Positions 35,843 to 45,121 of a DNA stretch of 64,000 nt are shown here, in pieces. A program made the position numbers and the translations under genes. The stretch's first letter is position 1, and every line of letters begins with the position of its first letter. The DNA is from an uncultured Nitrososphaerota archaeon (GTDB lineage Archaea > Korarchaeota > Korarchaeia > Korarchaeales > Korarchaeaceae). The stretch lies in contig CAZQNA010000004.1 in the NCBI GenBank assembly GCA_964594835.1, forward strand, positions 32,001-96,000, read 5' to 3'. The notes beneath the pieces are model-generated. The model searched no databases and was not told the origin of the DNA. It was given only the letters and a program-made list of their open reading frames with translations.

Positions 35843-38290
35843 ATGGGGCTCGTTGGCCCAGATGTGAACCGCAGGGCTTGGCTGGCTCCTCTCTTGGCCC
35901 TAGTGCTCCTCTCTCAGGTAGCTGTCCCCTCGGCGACCCAGCCTACGGGCGCCATAGAGGACTCCCTCGCCAAGTATGTCGTCTTTCTCACCGAGAAGAT
36001 TCCGGTGTCCCCCGACGTTACATCGGCCCCCATAGTCTTCACCCCCTCGGGGATAGTCTACGTCAACGTCGGACTGTACAGGCAGGATCCCAACCAGATG
36101 GTCAACGCGCTCGTTCTGGAGACGTTCAGCATATTTCTGATTAACGCGGATGCCCTGGGTCTATCTGGGGAGGCCGAGAAGCTCGCTATGGCCAGAGACT
36201 TTGGAACGGCAATAGCAGACTACCTGAACAAGGGCAGCCTATGGTTTGGGAGCGAGGGCAACGTGATTGACATTGACGCGTCCTACGGCGTACTCAGAGC
36301 CCTGCTCTGGGCTGTAAGGGCGGGTCTCGTCTCTGCAGACGATCCGAACATAGCGTCGAGCATATCCGCCCTCATGTCGGCTCAGAAGCAGGACGGAGGG
36401 TGGCCGATCAACCCGGTAAACCCGTCCGCCCCCTCCTACACCCTGTCTAACCCGCTCGTCACCGCACACGTCCTTGATGTCTTGGTCCAGGCGTACAGCT
36501 TGGGGATGGGCGAGCGGGTCAGGGGGCTCACCTCCTCGATCGAGAGGGCGGTGGACTACTTGGAGGGAGGCGCCATAAGGTCCGGCGGTGAGGTCTACTG
36601 GAACGAGATAACGTACAGGGGGTTCACCAGGGACCGCCTACAGGTGACTGCCGAGGTCTCCGACGCCCTGGCCAAGGCCGCGCTCCAGGGCTTCGAGGTT
36701 GACCACTCGATCCTCGCCGGGGCCGCCAAGTACCTGATGTCCTACATGTCGATGTACCAGCCGGACTGGGACATTGCAGTTCCGATACTCCACACCCTAC
36801 TCAGGATGAGCAGCCTAGGTGTGATAGACACCAAGGAGGTCAAGGTTCACGCAGGGCTCTACGTGGACCTCATCCTGGAGAAGCAGGACGAGGACTCCGG
36901 ACTCTGGTCCCCGCCTGGGTCCTACGGGGACATACTCACCGCCCTGGTATTCTCGAGCGAGATCGCCAGGTTCCTCCTGGACTGGTCCAAGGTGAGCACC
37001 ATCGACCTTAAGGTGTCGGCGTCGGGCCTGGGGTACTTCACAGAGTACGACCCCCCGAGGCTCGTGGAGGGGGGAGAGCTGAGGATATCCCTGGGGGTCG
37101 AGAATAGCGCCCCGAGGCCTAGGACCTTCGCGGTGGAGGTAAAGCTCCCCCCGGACCTGGAGCTCGTGTCCAACACGTCCAACCCGTTCGCCGTGGGAGC
37201 CTACGGAAACGGCTCCTTCTCGATAAAGATCAAGGCGGCCGGGGCCGTGGAGGGGGTCACTAACACCAGGGTCACCTTCCTCCTCAAGGATCACTCGGGT
37301 TACGTCCTCTACACTCGTCACTTCACCTTCGCCCTGGCCAGGGACGGGAGGCTCGAGATCCTGTCCAAGACGGTGAATCCTGGGAACGTGTCCCTTGGAG
37401 GAGTCGTAACCGTCTCCGTCTCCATGAGGAACCGCGGGGACATCCCGATCCAGGGGTGCGTCATAAGGGAGATCCTCGGCACGGGATTTGAGCTCCTGTC
37501 CCAGGGGGCGAACTACAGCGAGGTCGCCCAGGCCGCCATGTCTGGCTACCCCTACCTGGGGTACATCGAGCCTGACCAGACGGTGTCCTACACGTACGTG
37601 GTCAGGGCGGCCGAGGCTCCGCCCGGCACGATCTTGCTCTCTAGGACTACTGTAGAGTACTCGGACGCCCTGGGGAACCCCAGGAACGTGACCAGGGAGT
37701 CCTACGTGACCGTCAGGAGGCCCTTGGTCTACATGGAGCTGAACTCCTCGCAGCTGGACCTCCAGTGGGGAGAGGTCAGGGCCCTCTCCGTCACCCTGGC
37801 TAACGACGGTAACGCCGAGAGCAAGGAGGTAGTCCTAGTGGTGACGGGAAATCCGAAGGTCTCGATCTCGGTCCTGGGGGCGGACGCCCTCAACGCGACG
37901 GTGACGGCCCCCTCAGCCAGGGAGAGGAGGGTCAAGCTCGGCCCCCTGGGCCCGGGAGAGTCCGCGACCCTCACCGTGGCAGCCCGGGCGGGCTCCTTCT
38001 TCCTCTCCCCGAAGCAGAGCGACGTGATATCCCTCACGATGAGGTACTCCGACCCCGGGGGCCAAGTCTTCAGGGGTTTCTCGGACAGCGCGGTCGTCGA
38101 GGTTACCGTTAGGATGTCCACGAAGTTCAAGATACTGTTCATCTCGATCGCCGCCGTCGTGGGCCTCCTGCTGGCCGTCAGGATAGTGAGCTGGAGCAGG
38201 TCCAGGGAGAGGAGAAGGAGGAGGTACCCGCCGAGGAGGAGACCTGTCAGGAGGACCTCGAGGTCGCCGAGGAGGTCCAGGAGGATTTGA
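35843..38290 (+). CDS. Cell-surface protein: alpha/alpha-toroid (QW-repeat/A2M-TED-like) domain, Ig-like domains, TM and Arg-rich tail
   Basis: Signal peptide; LMSAQKQDGGW and LEKQDEDSGLW QW-like repeats; CARDB/DUF11-like V.V.MRN.G and V.L.N.G motifs; C-terminal TM then poly-Arg. Confidence 0.75.
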   Translation: MGLVGPDVNRRAWLAPLLALVLLSQVAVPSATQPTGAIEDSLAKYVVFLTEKIPVSPDVTSAPIVFTPSGIVYVNVGLYRQDPNQMVNALVLETFSIFLINADALGLSGEAEKLAMARDFGTAIADYLNKGSLWFGSEGNVIDIDASYGVLRALLWAVRAGLVSADDPNIASSISALMSAQKQDGGWPINPVNPSAPSYTLSNPLVTAHVLDVLVQAYSLGMGERVRGLTSSIERAVDYLEGGAIRSGGEVYWNEITYRGFTRDRLQVTAEVSDALAKAALQGFEVDHSILAGAAKYLMSYMSMYQPDWDIAVPILHTLLRMSSLGVIDTKEVKVHAGLYVDLILEKQDEDSGLWSPPGSYGDILTALVFSSEIARFLLDWSKVSTIDLKVSASGLGYFTEYDPPRLVEGGELRISLGVENSAPRPRTFAVEVKLPPDLELVSNTSNPFAVGAYGNGSFSIKIKAAGAVEGVTNTRVTFLLKDHSGYVLYTRHFTFALARDGRLEILSKTVNPGNVSLGGVVTVSVSMRNRGDIPIQGCVIREILGTGFELLSQGANYSEVAQAAMSGYPYLGYIEPDQTVSYTYVVRAAEAPPGTILLSRTTVEYSDALGNPRNVTRESYVTVRRPLVYMELNSSQLDLQWGEVRALSVTLANDGNAESKEVVLVVTGNPKVSISVLGADALNATVTAPSARERRVKLGPLGPGESATLTVAARAGSFFLSPKQSDVISLTMRYSDPGGQVFRGFSDSAVVEVTVRMSTKFKILFISIAAVVGLLLAVRIVSWSRSRERRRRRYPPRRRPVRRTSRSPRRSRRI

Positions 38291-38338
38291 TCCCACCGTG
38301 GTCGCGGGTGGTGTGTGGTTAGGTAGGGGGGAGGAGGC

Positions 38339-38974
38339 ATGGCTGCGAGAAGGCGTCGAGACATTCGCCTCGGGATCGTCCTGACGGCCGTGATACTCGG
38401 GGCGGTCGGGGCCGCTTACGTCTACGTGGGCTTTCAGTCAACCAAGCAGAGCGTTCCCTTCTCGCTGGTCCTGGTGTTTGACCCGCAGGTAGCGGCGGAC
38501 CACGTAGAGATCTACTCAAAGATCTCGTACTCTCTGTCCCTGACGGCCAACGTCATGACGGCTGGGGCCTTTGGGAACACCTCCCACCTCCTCATCCTGG
38601 AGACCTACAGGCTATCCGAGGCCCCCAGCACCAACTCGTCTTTCCTTGTCATCAGGGGGCCGGAGGGGTGGCCACTGGACCCTGGCGTCTACCTGATTCA
38701 GGAGAACTCTACGGTGGTCGTGGCGGGGCGTAGCGAGGAGGAGCTGGCGATGTCCTTCGACAGGCTCATCCTCTGCTTGACGGGGAGGTACGCCATAGAC
38801 GTCGATCCGAAGACTCAGTACCTGGTCGTCGAGGTGCCAGGCCGGGGGCACAAGGTCGGGATTCCCTGGCTAAGCGGGAAACCGCTGGACGAGGTCCAGA
38901 AGGTCCAGATCTACGGCGGAAGCGAGGGAGACGTGGCACGGATTATCTTGGACGGGCTGATAGTCAGGGGGTGA
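38339..38974 (+). CDS. Membrane-anchored hypothetical protein with S-layer-C-like motifs
   Basis: RRRR plus TM at N-terminus; LVIRGP and VVVAGRS..EL motifs echo LILVGGP and LIVAG of the S-layer protein; GGAGG RBS. Confidence 0.7.
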   Translation: MAARRRRDIRLGIVLTAVILGAVGAAYVYVGFQSTKQSVPFSLVLVFDPQVAADHVEIYSKISYSLSLTANVMTAGAFGNTSHLLILETYRLSEAPSTNSSFLVIRGPEGWPLDPGVYLIQENSTVVVAGRSEEELAMSFDRLILCLTGRYAIDVDPKTQYLVVEVPGRGHKVGIPWLSGKPLDEVQKVQIYGGSEGDVARIILDGLIVRG

Positions 38975-38975
38975 G

Positions 38976-39053
38976 TGGCGGGCCCGGGGGGACTCGAACC
39001 CCCGACCTGCGGCTTAGAAGGCCGCCGCTCTGTCCTTGCTGAGCTACGGGCCC
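38976..39053 (-). tRNA. tRNA-Arg (anticodon TCT), CCA encoded, no intron
   Basis: Reverse complement GGGCCCGTAGCTCAGCAAGGACAGAGCGGCGGC-CT-TCT-AA-GCCGCAGGTCGGGGGTTCGAGTCCCCCCGGGCCCGCCA. Confidence 0.97.
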
Positions 39054-39125
39054 ACCTACGACTCCGGCCGAAGTCTGGAAATTAATAGTTGATCCGCCCT
39101 CTCCCGTTGGAGGGTGGCCTCTGGA

Positions 39126-41258
39126 ATGAAAAGGGCACACCTTGGGTTCTCGGCGGCTCTGATCGTAGTCTCGATGCTCGCGCTGGCCCCTCTCCAGGGA
39201 ATAGTTCAGGTCTCAGCCACGAGTAAGACCTACGACTGGCTCAACATAGAGCTGGGAAACCGCAGCGAGATGATGGTTGGACCCTTCAGGCTCGTCGGCC
39301 GCATATCGGCCGGGGTTACAGATATCTTCATGATCGAGGTGTGGAAGGGCGAAGATGTATGCGCGGTCTTCCAGGCCTCGAACAATCAGGAGGAGGTTCA
39401 AGGGGCGGTCAAGGCCTACTGTGGAGAGGGTCCGACGGTCTTCGAGATCCACCTCTACGGAACGGAGTCGACGACCTCAGACGGGGGGAAGATCAAGTTC
39501 GACATAAAGGACAGCGTCTACTCCCCCGAGATCACCCTGAGGCTCCACCCGATCACCCCAACAGACCTGAGGTTCAACCAGACGTCCACCGTCGTGGACC
39601 TGACGGTGGCGCTCAGGAACGAGGCCACGGGGACGCCCGCTTGGGCCCGGATCACCGCGGCCTACGGCAGGGTTGAGGGCGCCGAGAACGCCACGATAGA
39701 GCTGGTGGCGACGCTCCCCCCGGCGGAGAACCCCACCAACTTCTCTGTGCCGCCGCCCAAGCCGGGAGAGGAGGCAAACTATACCTTCGAGTTCTCCGCC
39801 TCGGCCAACGGCAAGGCGTACGCCAAGCTCGTTGCCACGATCGGGGTGTCGTACCCGGTGGACTTCAAGAAGGACGAGCAGCAGAGCTCCTCCTCTCGCG
39901 AGGTCTGGGTCTACGACCCCGGGAGGGTCCTCAGCCACACGGTCAGGTTCTACATCTCGGTGGGCGACATCTACCGCGACGTCGGCGTGCCCGAGGTGCG
40001 CATAAACCTCAACCACTCCGCGCTGACAGTCCAGCCTGGAGACAAGGTCTCCTTCGAGTTCACCCTGAAGAACTCCGGCACTGGTGATGCGTTCAACGTC
40101 TCGATATGGCTGAGCGTACAGCCTCCCCTTCCCCAGATCCTGGTGGTGAGTCCCGAGGTCCCCGGGCTGACCGGCAAGCCATTCACGGGCTCCATGACGA
40201 CCCCAATGCTCGTCCCTCGGTTGCCCAAGAACGCCGTGACCCAGAAGATCAAGTTCAAGGTGGTGTTTCCCGAGGACGTGGACATCATGGGGTCCTACTT
40301 CAACACGACCATACTCGTGGAGTGGCAAGACAAGGTCGGCAAGAACTTCAACGCCAAGGCCAGCAGGGTGATAATAGTGAGCGAGCCAGAGTACCCGTCT
40401 ATCTCCGTGTCAAAGAAGGTCTCCCCGTCGGAGGTCAGCGTGAACGGCACCGTATCCGTCATCGTCAAGGTGGTCAACGAGGGCGAGGCCGCCGCGACGG
40501 ACGTGAAGATCACCGACTCCTTCCCCGAAGAGTACTTCGAGCTCGTCCAGGGCAGAACGTCGGCGTCGGCCAGCACCCTCGCCCCCGGGAAGAGCATGAC
40601 CCTGTCCTACAAGCTCAGGGCGAAGAAGGAGGGATCTGCCATGCTCCCCGCCGCCGAGGTCCAGTACAGGGAGAGAGAGGCCCCTCAGCTAAAGTACTCC
40701 AACACACTCATAGTGAGGATTGTGAAGCCCTCGGTCGGGCTGGAACTGATAACCTCCCCGCCCGGCAGGATGATAGTGGGCGACCTGGCTGAGGTGGTGT
40801 TCAGCTTAGCCAACGACGGGACTGGGCAGGCTAGGGAGGTCGAGATCATACTGGAGATCCCCCCAGGCCTGGACCTCCTGGAGGCCGAGGGACCTGTGAC
40901 AACTCAGGAGAGGACCGAGGAGGGCGGGTGGAGGGTCTCGTTCAGGGCTGACGCCGTCGACCCTGGGGCCTCCGTCGACTTCAGCATGCGCATGAGGGTC
41001 CAGAGGATGGGGGCCTACAACATCACTCTGGTCAACGCCACGTTCAAGGGCGAGGCCGGGGAGCAGAAGTACCGCGTAGAGGGCGCCGAGGCCCTGGAGC
41101 TCTCGTTCCTCGTCGAGGTCCCCAGGTCGCAGAAGGTGATCGTCACGGCCGCCCTGGTGGGGATGGTGGGGGCCGTCGCGGCGGCCTCCTTCTTCGCCGT
41201 GAGGGGGATGCCCAGCCGATACGCGACGAGGAGACCCCGCCTCGGGCTCCCGAGGTAG
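39126..41258 (+). CDS. Cell-surface Ig-like repeat protein (CARDB/DUF11/COG1361-like) with C-terminal TM
   Basis: Signal peptide; repeated F.LKN.G.G.A.NV, VKV.N.G...A.DV.I.D, L.N.G.G.A motifs; TM plus basic tail. Confidence 0.8.
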   Translation: MKRAHLGFSAALIVVSMLALAPLQGIVQVSATSKTYDWLNIELGNRSEMMVGPFRLVGRISAGVTDIFMIEVWKGEDVCAVFQASNNQEEVQGAVKAYCGEGPTVFEIHLYGTESTTSDGGKIKFDIKDSVYSPEITLRLHPITPTDLRFNQTSTVVDLTVALRNEATGTPAWARITAAYGRVEGAENATIELVATLPPAENPTNFSVPPPKPGEEANYTFEFSASANGKAYAKLVATIGVSYPVDFKKDEQQSSSSREVWVYDPGRVLSHTVRFYISVGDIYRDVGVPEVRINLNHSALTVQPGDKVSFEFTLKNSGTGDAFNVSIWLSVQPPLPQILVVSPEVPGLTGKPFTGSMTTPMLVPRLPKNAVTQKIKFKVVFPEDVDIMGSYFNTTILVEWQDKVGKNFNAKASRVIIVSEPEYPSISVSKKVSPSEVSVNGTVSVIVKVVNEGEAAATDVKITDSFPEEYFELVQGRTSASASTLAPGKSMTLSYKLRAKKEGSAMLPAAEVQYREREAPQLKYSNTLIVRIVKPSVGLELITSPPGRMIVGDLAEVVFSLANDGTGQAREVEIILEIPPGLDLLEAEGPVTTQERTEEGGWRVSFRADAVDPGASVDFSMRMRVQRMGAYNITLVNATFKGEAGEQKYRVEGAEALELSFLVEVPRSQKVIVTAALVGMVGAVAAASFFAVRGMPSRYATRRPRLGLPR

Positions 41259-41315
41259 AGGGACAAACCTTTTTTATCGCCGCAGGTGTGTCGTCGGCGA
41301 ACAGGTGGTTGATCT

Positions 41316-41636
41316 ATGGGGCTTGAGTACGTGTACGCCGCCCTGCTGCTCCACGAGCTGGGTAAGGATATAGACGAGAACTCGGTGAGCGCCGTCCTCA
41401 AGGCCGCCGGGGTCGAGCCCGACCCGGCCAGGGTCAAGCAGCTGGTGGAGGCTCTGGACGGGGTGGACATAGACGAGGTGATCAAGACGGCGGCCGTGGC
41501 TCCGGTGGCGGCTCCAGCCCCGGCCGCGGAGGCGGCCGCGGAGGAGAAGCCCGCCGAGGAGAAGAAGGAAGAGGAGGAGAAGAAGGAGGAGGAAGAGGAG
41601 GCGGCCATCGCCGGGCTCGGCGCGCTCTTCGGCTGA
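41316..41636 (+). CDS. rpl12: Ribosomal stalk protein P1 (L12)
   Basis: [10 protein letters not shown], Ala/Pro hinge, acidic stretch, GLGALFG C-terminus. Confidence 0.97.
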   Translation: MGLEYVYAALLLHELGKDIDENSVSAVLKAAGVEPDPARVKQLVEALDGVDIDEVIKTAAVAPVAAPAPAAEAAAEEKPAEEKKEEEEKKEEEEEAAIAGLGALFG

Positions 41637-41688
41637 GCCCCCTCATCACCTTATTTTATTCGTCAGCTCCAAGCGTCCCCCGATCGTC

Positions 41689-44433
41689 ATGGGAAGTAGG
41701 CCCGACCCAGGAGAGTCCCTGAGACTCGAGTTCTTCAGAGAGAAGGGCTACGTCCGCAGGCGCTGCCCCAAGTGCGGGGAGCACTTCTGGACTCTGGACC
41801 CGGACAGGGAGGTCTGTGGGGAGGCTCCCTGCGAGCCCTACAAGTTCATCGGAGAGGGCCTCAGCCGGAGGCTGAGCATGGAGGAGGCCAGGGAGGGCTT
41901 CCTCTCCTTCATGGAGTCCAGAGGGCACGCCAGGGTTGGGAGGTACCCCGTGGTCGCCAGGTGGAGGGACGACCTCTTCCTGACCAGCGCCTCCATTGTG
42001 GATTTCCAGCCCTACGTGACCGCCGGGCTCGTCCCACCTCCGGCGAACCCGCTCACAATCTCCCAGCCCTGCATTCGCCTGAAGGACATAGACAAGGTCG
42101 GCCTGACCATGGGCCGCCACCTCACCATATTCGAGATGATGGCCCACCACGCCTTCAACAGGCCGGGCGAGGAGGTTTACTGGAAGGACCGGACCTTGGA
42201 GCTCTTCCACGAGTACGCAACGACCGTCCTCGGTATACCGGAGGAGGAGATAATCTACAAGGAGGGATGGTGGGAGGGCGGAGGGAACGCGGGGCCGGAC
42301 GTGGAGCCGATAGTCAGGGGGCTGGAGATAGCAACCCTGGTGTTCATGGAGTACCGGGTCCTCGACGGCAGGTACGAGAGGATGGACACTAGGGTCGTGG
42401 ACACCGGGTACGGGCTTGAGAGGATAGTATGGCTCTCTCAAGGGACTCCCACGGCATTCGACGCGATCTACGGGAACCTCGTGGACAAGTTCCTCGACAG
42501 GCTGGGGGTTCGGCGGCCCGACGAGGAGCTCCTGAACAGGTACTCCACCCTCTCGTCGCTGACAGCCAAGGTCGAGAGGGGGAGCAAACTGAGGGAACTC
42601 AGGAGGGCCATAGCCATTCAGCTGGAGGTGGACCCCGACGAGCTAGACGCCGCCCTGACCCCGCTTGAACTCGCGCACTCGGTCCTAGACCACACGAAGA
42701 CGATAGCCTTCATGCTGGCGGACGGGCTCGTCCCGTCGAACACGAAGGAGGGCTACCTCGGGAGGCTCGTGATAAGGAGGGCCTTGAGGGCCATAAGGGC
42801 CCTCGGCGCCGACGTCGAGCTGGCAGAACTCGTCGACCTCCAGCTCGACTACTGGGGAGGCCAGTTCCCAGAGCTCCTGGAGAAGAGGGGCAGGATCTTG
42901 GACATGGTTCAGGTGGAGGAGAGGAGGTTTGGAGAGACCCTCCAGAAGGGGCTCCAGCTGATAGAGAGGGAGTTCAAGCGGAGGAGGGGTGAGGGCATCA
43001 CGCTCGACTTCCTGATGGAGCTCTACGACTCTCACGGCGTGCCCCCGGAACTCGCCGCAGACGTCGCCAAGAGGCACGGGATGGAGCTGGAGGTGCCAGA
43101 CAACTTCTACGAGCTCATAGCTGCAAGGCACGAGGCGCCAGAGGTCAAGCCGCCGGAGCTCCCCAGGTACGTTGAGGAGGTGGAGGCGTTCCCGAAGACG
43201 GAGCTCCTCTACTACGAGGACCCGTACGCCCTGAGGTTCGAGGCGAGGATCATCGGGATCCTCGGCGAAGAGGCCGTGGTGCTGGACAGGACTGCCTTCT
43301 ACCCCGAGGGGGGAGGCCAGCCCTCCGATGTGGGGTTCCTCAGGCTCGAAGGCGGGGGCGAGCTGGAGGTGGTCAGGGCCGAGAAGATCAAGGACCGGGT
43401 CGTCCACTACGTCAAGGGGGACCTCTCCGGGGTGAGGGTGGGTGACAGGGTCCAGGGAGAGATAGACTGGCCGAGGAGGCTCTCCCTGATGAGGCACCAC
43501 ACCGGCACCCACGTCCTGCTAGAGTCAGCGAAGAGGGTCCTCGGCGACCACGTCTGGCAGTGGGGCGCCCAGAAGGGAGAGAGGGAGAGCAGGCTCGACA
43601 TAACTCACTACAAGTCGGTGAGCGACGAGGAGCTCAGGAGGATAGAGTTCCTGGCCAACCAGATAGTGATGGAGAACAGGCCGGTCAGGACGAAGTGGAT
43701 GCCCAGGCAGGAGGCCGAGAAGATCTACGGGTTCGAGATCTACCAGGGCGGCGTCGTCCCCGACCTCACCCTGAGGATCGTGGAGATAGAGGACTTCAAC
43801 GTTCAGGCGTGCGCCGGGACTCACGTCAGGAGGACCGGTGAGATAGGCCCCATCAAGGTCTGGAGGGCGAGGAGGATTCAGGACGGGGTCGTCAGGCTGG
43901 AGTTCAGCTCCGGCATGGCCGCCGTGGAGAGGCTGCTGGAGGCCTACGACAGGGTCAGGAGGATCTCCGCGGTGGTGGGGTCCCCCCTTGAAAAGGTGGA
44001 GTCCGCGGTCGAGAGCCTGGTCAGCGAGAACCGAGAGCTCAGCAAGAGGCTCACCGCCGCCCTGGAGAGGCTCCTGGAGGTCAGCATAAGGGAGAGCCCG
44101 CCCACCGAGGTGAGCGGCCTGGAGCTGCGGGTCGTCCCCGTAGACCTCACGGACAGGAAGGCGCTCACCGACGCCGCCGACTCGTTCGCCCGCTCCAACC
44201 CGAGGGCGATCCTCTGCCTGATGGGCGGGTCGGGCCAGAGGCAGGTCGTCCTCGCGATCGGGGAGGAGGCCGCGAAGAGGGGCGTACACGCGGGCAGGCT
44301 CCTCTCAGGAGTCCTGAAGAGGGTCGGAGGCAGGGGAGGGGGTCAGGAGAGGATGGCTTGGGGGTCCGTTCCACAGGAGGTCACGCCCGATGGCCTGGCG
44401 GGGGAGATAGCCCGGGAGCTGAGGAGTCTCTGA
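41689..44433 (+). CDS. alaS: Alanine--tRNA ligase
   Basis: YPVVARWRDD.F...ASI.DFQP, QPCIR..D, GRHLT.FEM, DTGYGLER, editing HxxxH and CAGTH, GGG C-Ala domain. Confidence 0.98.
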   Translation: MGSRPDPGESLRLEFFREKGYVRRRCPKCGEHFWTLDPDREVCGEAPCEPYKFIGEGLSRRLSMEEAREGFLSFMESRGHARVGRYPVVARWRDDLFLTSASIVDFQPYVTAGLVPPPANPLTISQPCIRLKDIDKVGLTMGRHLTIFEMMAHHAFNRPGEEVYWKDRTLELFHEYATTVLGIPEEEIIYKEGWWEGGGNAGPDVEPIVRGLEIATLVFMEYRVLDGRYERMDTRVVDTGYGLERIVWLSQGTPTAFDAIYGNLVDKFLDRLGVRRPDEELLNRYSTLSSLTAKVERGSKLRELRRAIAIQLEVDPDELDAALTPLELAHSVLDHTKTIAFMLADGLVPSNTKEGYLGRLVIRRALRAIRALGADVELAELVDLQLDYWGGQFPELLEKRGRILDMVQVEERRFGETLQKGLQLIEREFKRRRGEGITLDFLMELYDSHGVPPELAADVAKRHGMELEVPDNFYELIAARHEAPEVKPPELPRYVEEVEAFPKTELLYYEDPYALRFEARIIGILGEEAVVLDRTAFYPEGGGQPSDVGFLRLEGGGELEVVRAEKIKDRVVHYVKGDLSGVRVGDRVQGEIDWPRRLSLMRHHTGTHVLLESAKRVLGDHVWQWGAQKGERESRLDITHYKSVSDEELRRIEFLANQIVMENRPVRTKWMPRQEAEKIYGFEIYQGGVVPDLTLRIVEIEDFNVQACAGTHVRRTGEIGPIKVWRARRIQDGVVRLEFSSGMAAVERLLEAYDRVRRISAVVGSPLEKVESAVESLVSENRELSKRLTAALERLLEVSIRESPPTEVSGLELRVVPVDLTDRKALTDAADSFARSNPRAILCLMGGSGQRQVVLAIGEEAAKRGVHAGRLLSGVLKRVGGRGGGQERMAWGSVPQEVTPDGLAGEIARELRSL

Positions 44434-45086
44434 TGCCGATCCGGGTAGACCTCGTGAGCCGGGCGGCCAGGGAGGTTCTCGTCCTGGCCGCCCTGTCGCT
44501 CCCCAAGAGGAGGTCGGTCGACCTGGTGGGGGACAAGCTGTCTCTGACGAGGGCGGAGAGGGCCGCCGTGGAGAGGCTCGTCAGGTGGCCGGAGGAGGTC
44601 TCGCTGGCCGCCTCCAAGATGGCCCCCCCAAGCCTGGCCTCGGGTAGATCGATCGGCGTTGACGGCTACAACGTGCTGATCACCGTGGAGGCCATGCTCC
44701 TGGATGAGCCGGTCTTCCTCTGCACTGACGGGTTCCTCCGAGATCTCAGGGGGGTCTTCTCATCATACAGGCCGTCCGACGTCACCGAGAGGGCGATGGA
44801 GCTTATCGTGGATGCGCTCGGCGGGCTGAGTCCAGCCGAGGCGCTCATCGCCTTCGACGAGCCCATGAGCCGCAGCGGGGAGCTTGCCTCCCTGGCCAGG
44901 GAGAAGATGGCCCAGGCCGGGCTGATCGGGACTTCCTTGACTCACCGCCAGGTGGATACCCTGATATCGGGCTTTGAGGTCGCCGCGAGCTCCGACGTGG
45001 CCGTGATCGAGAGGGCGCGCGCCGTGATAGACCTGCCGGCGCTGGTGGCGGATTCGATCGGGTACAGGCCTAACGTTATCTGGTAG
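44433..45086 (+). CDS. DUF434 family protein (PIN-like C-terminal domain)
   Basis: VDGYNVLITVE, C.DG.LRDL, FDEP.S.SG.LA, ASSD..I motifs; TGATG coupling to alaS. Confidence 0.85.
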   Translation: MPIRVDLVSRAAREVLVLAALSLPKRRSVDLVGDKLSLTRAERAAVERLVRWPEEVSLAASKMAPPSLASGRSIGVDGYNVLITVEAMLLDEPVFLCTDGFLRDLRGVFSSYRPSDVTERAMELIVDALGGLSPAEALIAFDEPMSRSGELASLAREKMAQAGLIGTSLTHRQVDTLISGFEVAASSDVAVIERARAVIDLPALVADSIGYRPNVIW

Positions 45087-45121
45087 TTCTTGCGAGGCGT
45101 CTCGAGGGAGGTTGTGACGAG

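Noticed and set aside
32502-39053. S-layer block flanked by two tRNA genes, as a possible integrated island
   Set aside because: No integrase, no duplicated tRNA 3' end (att site) seen, and codon style is host-like
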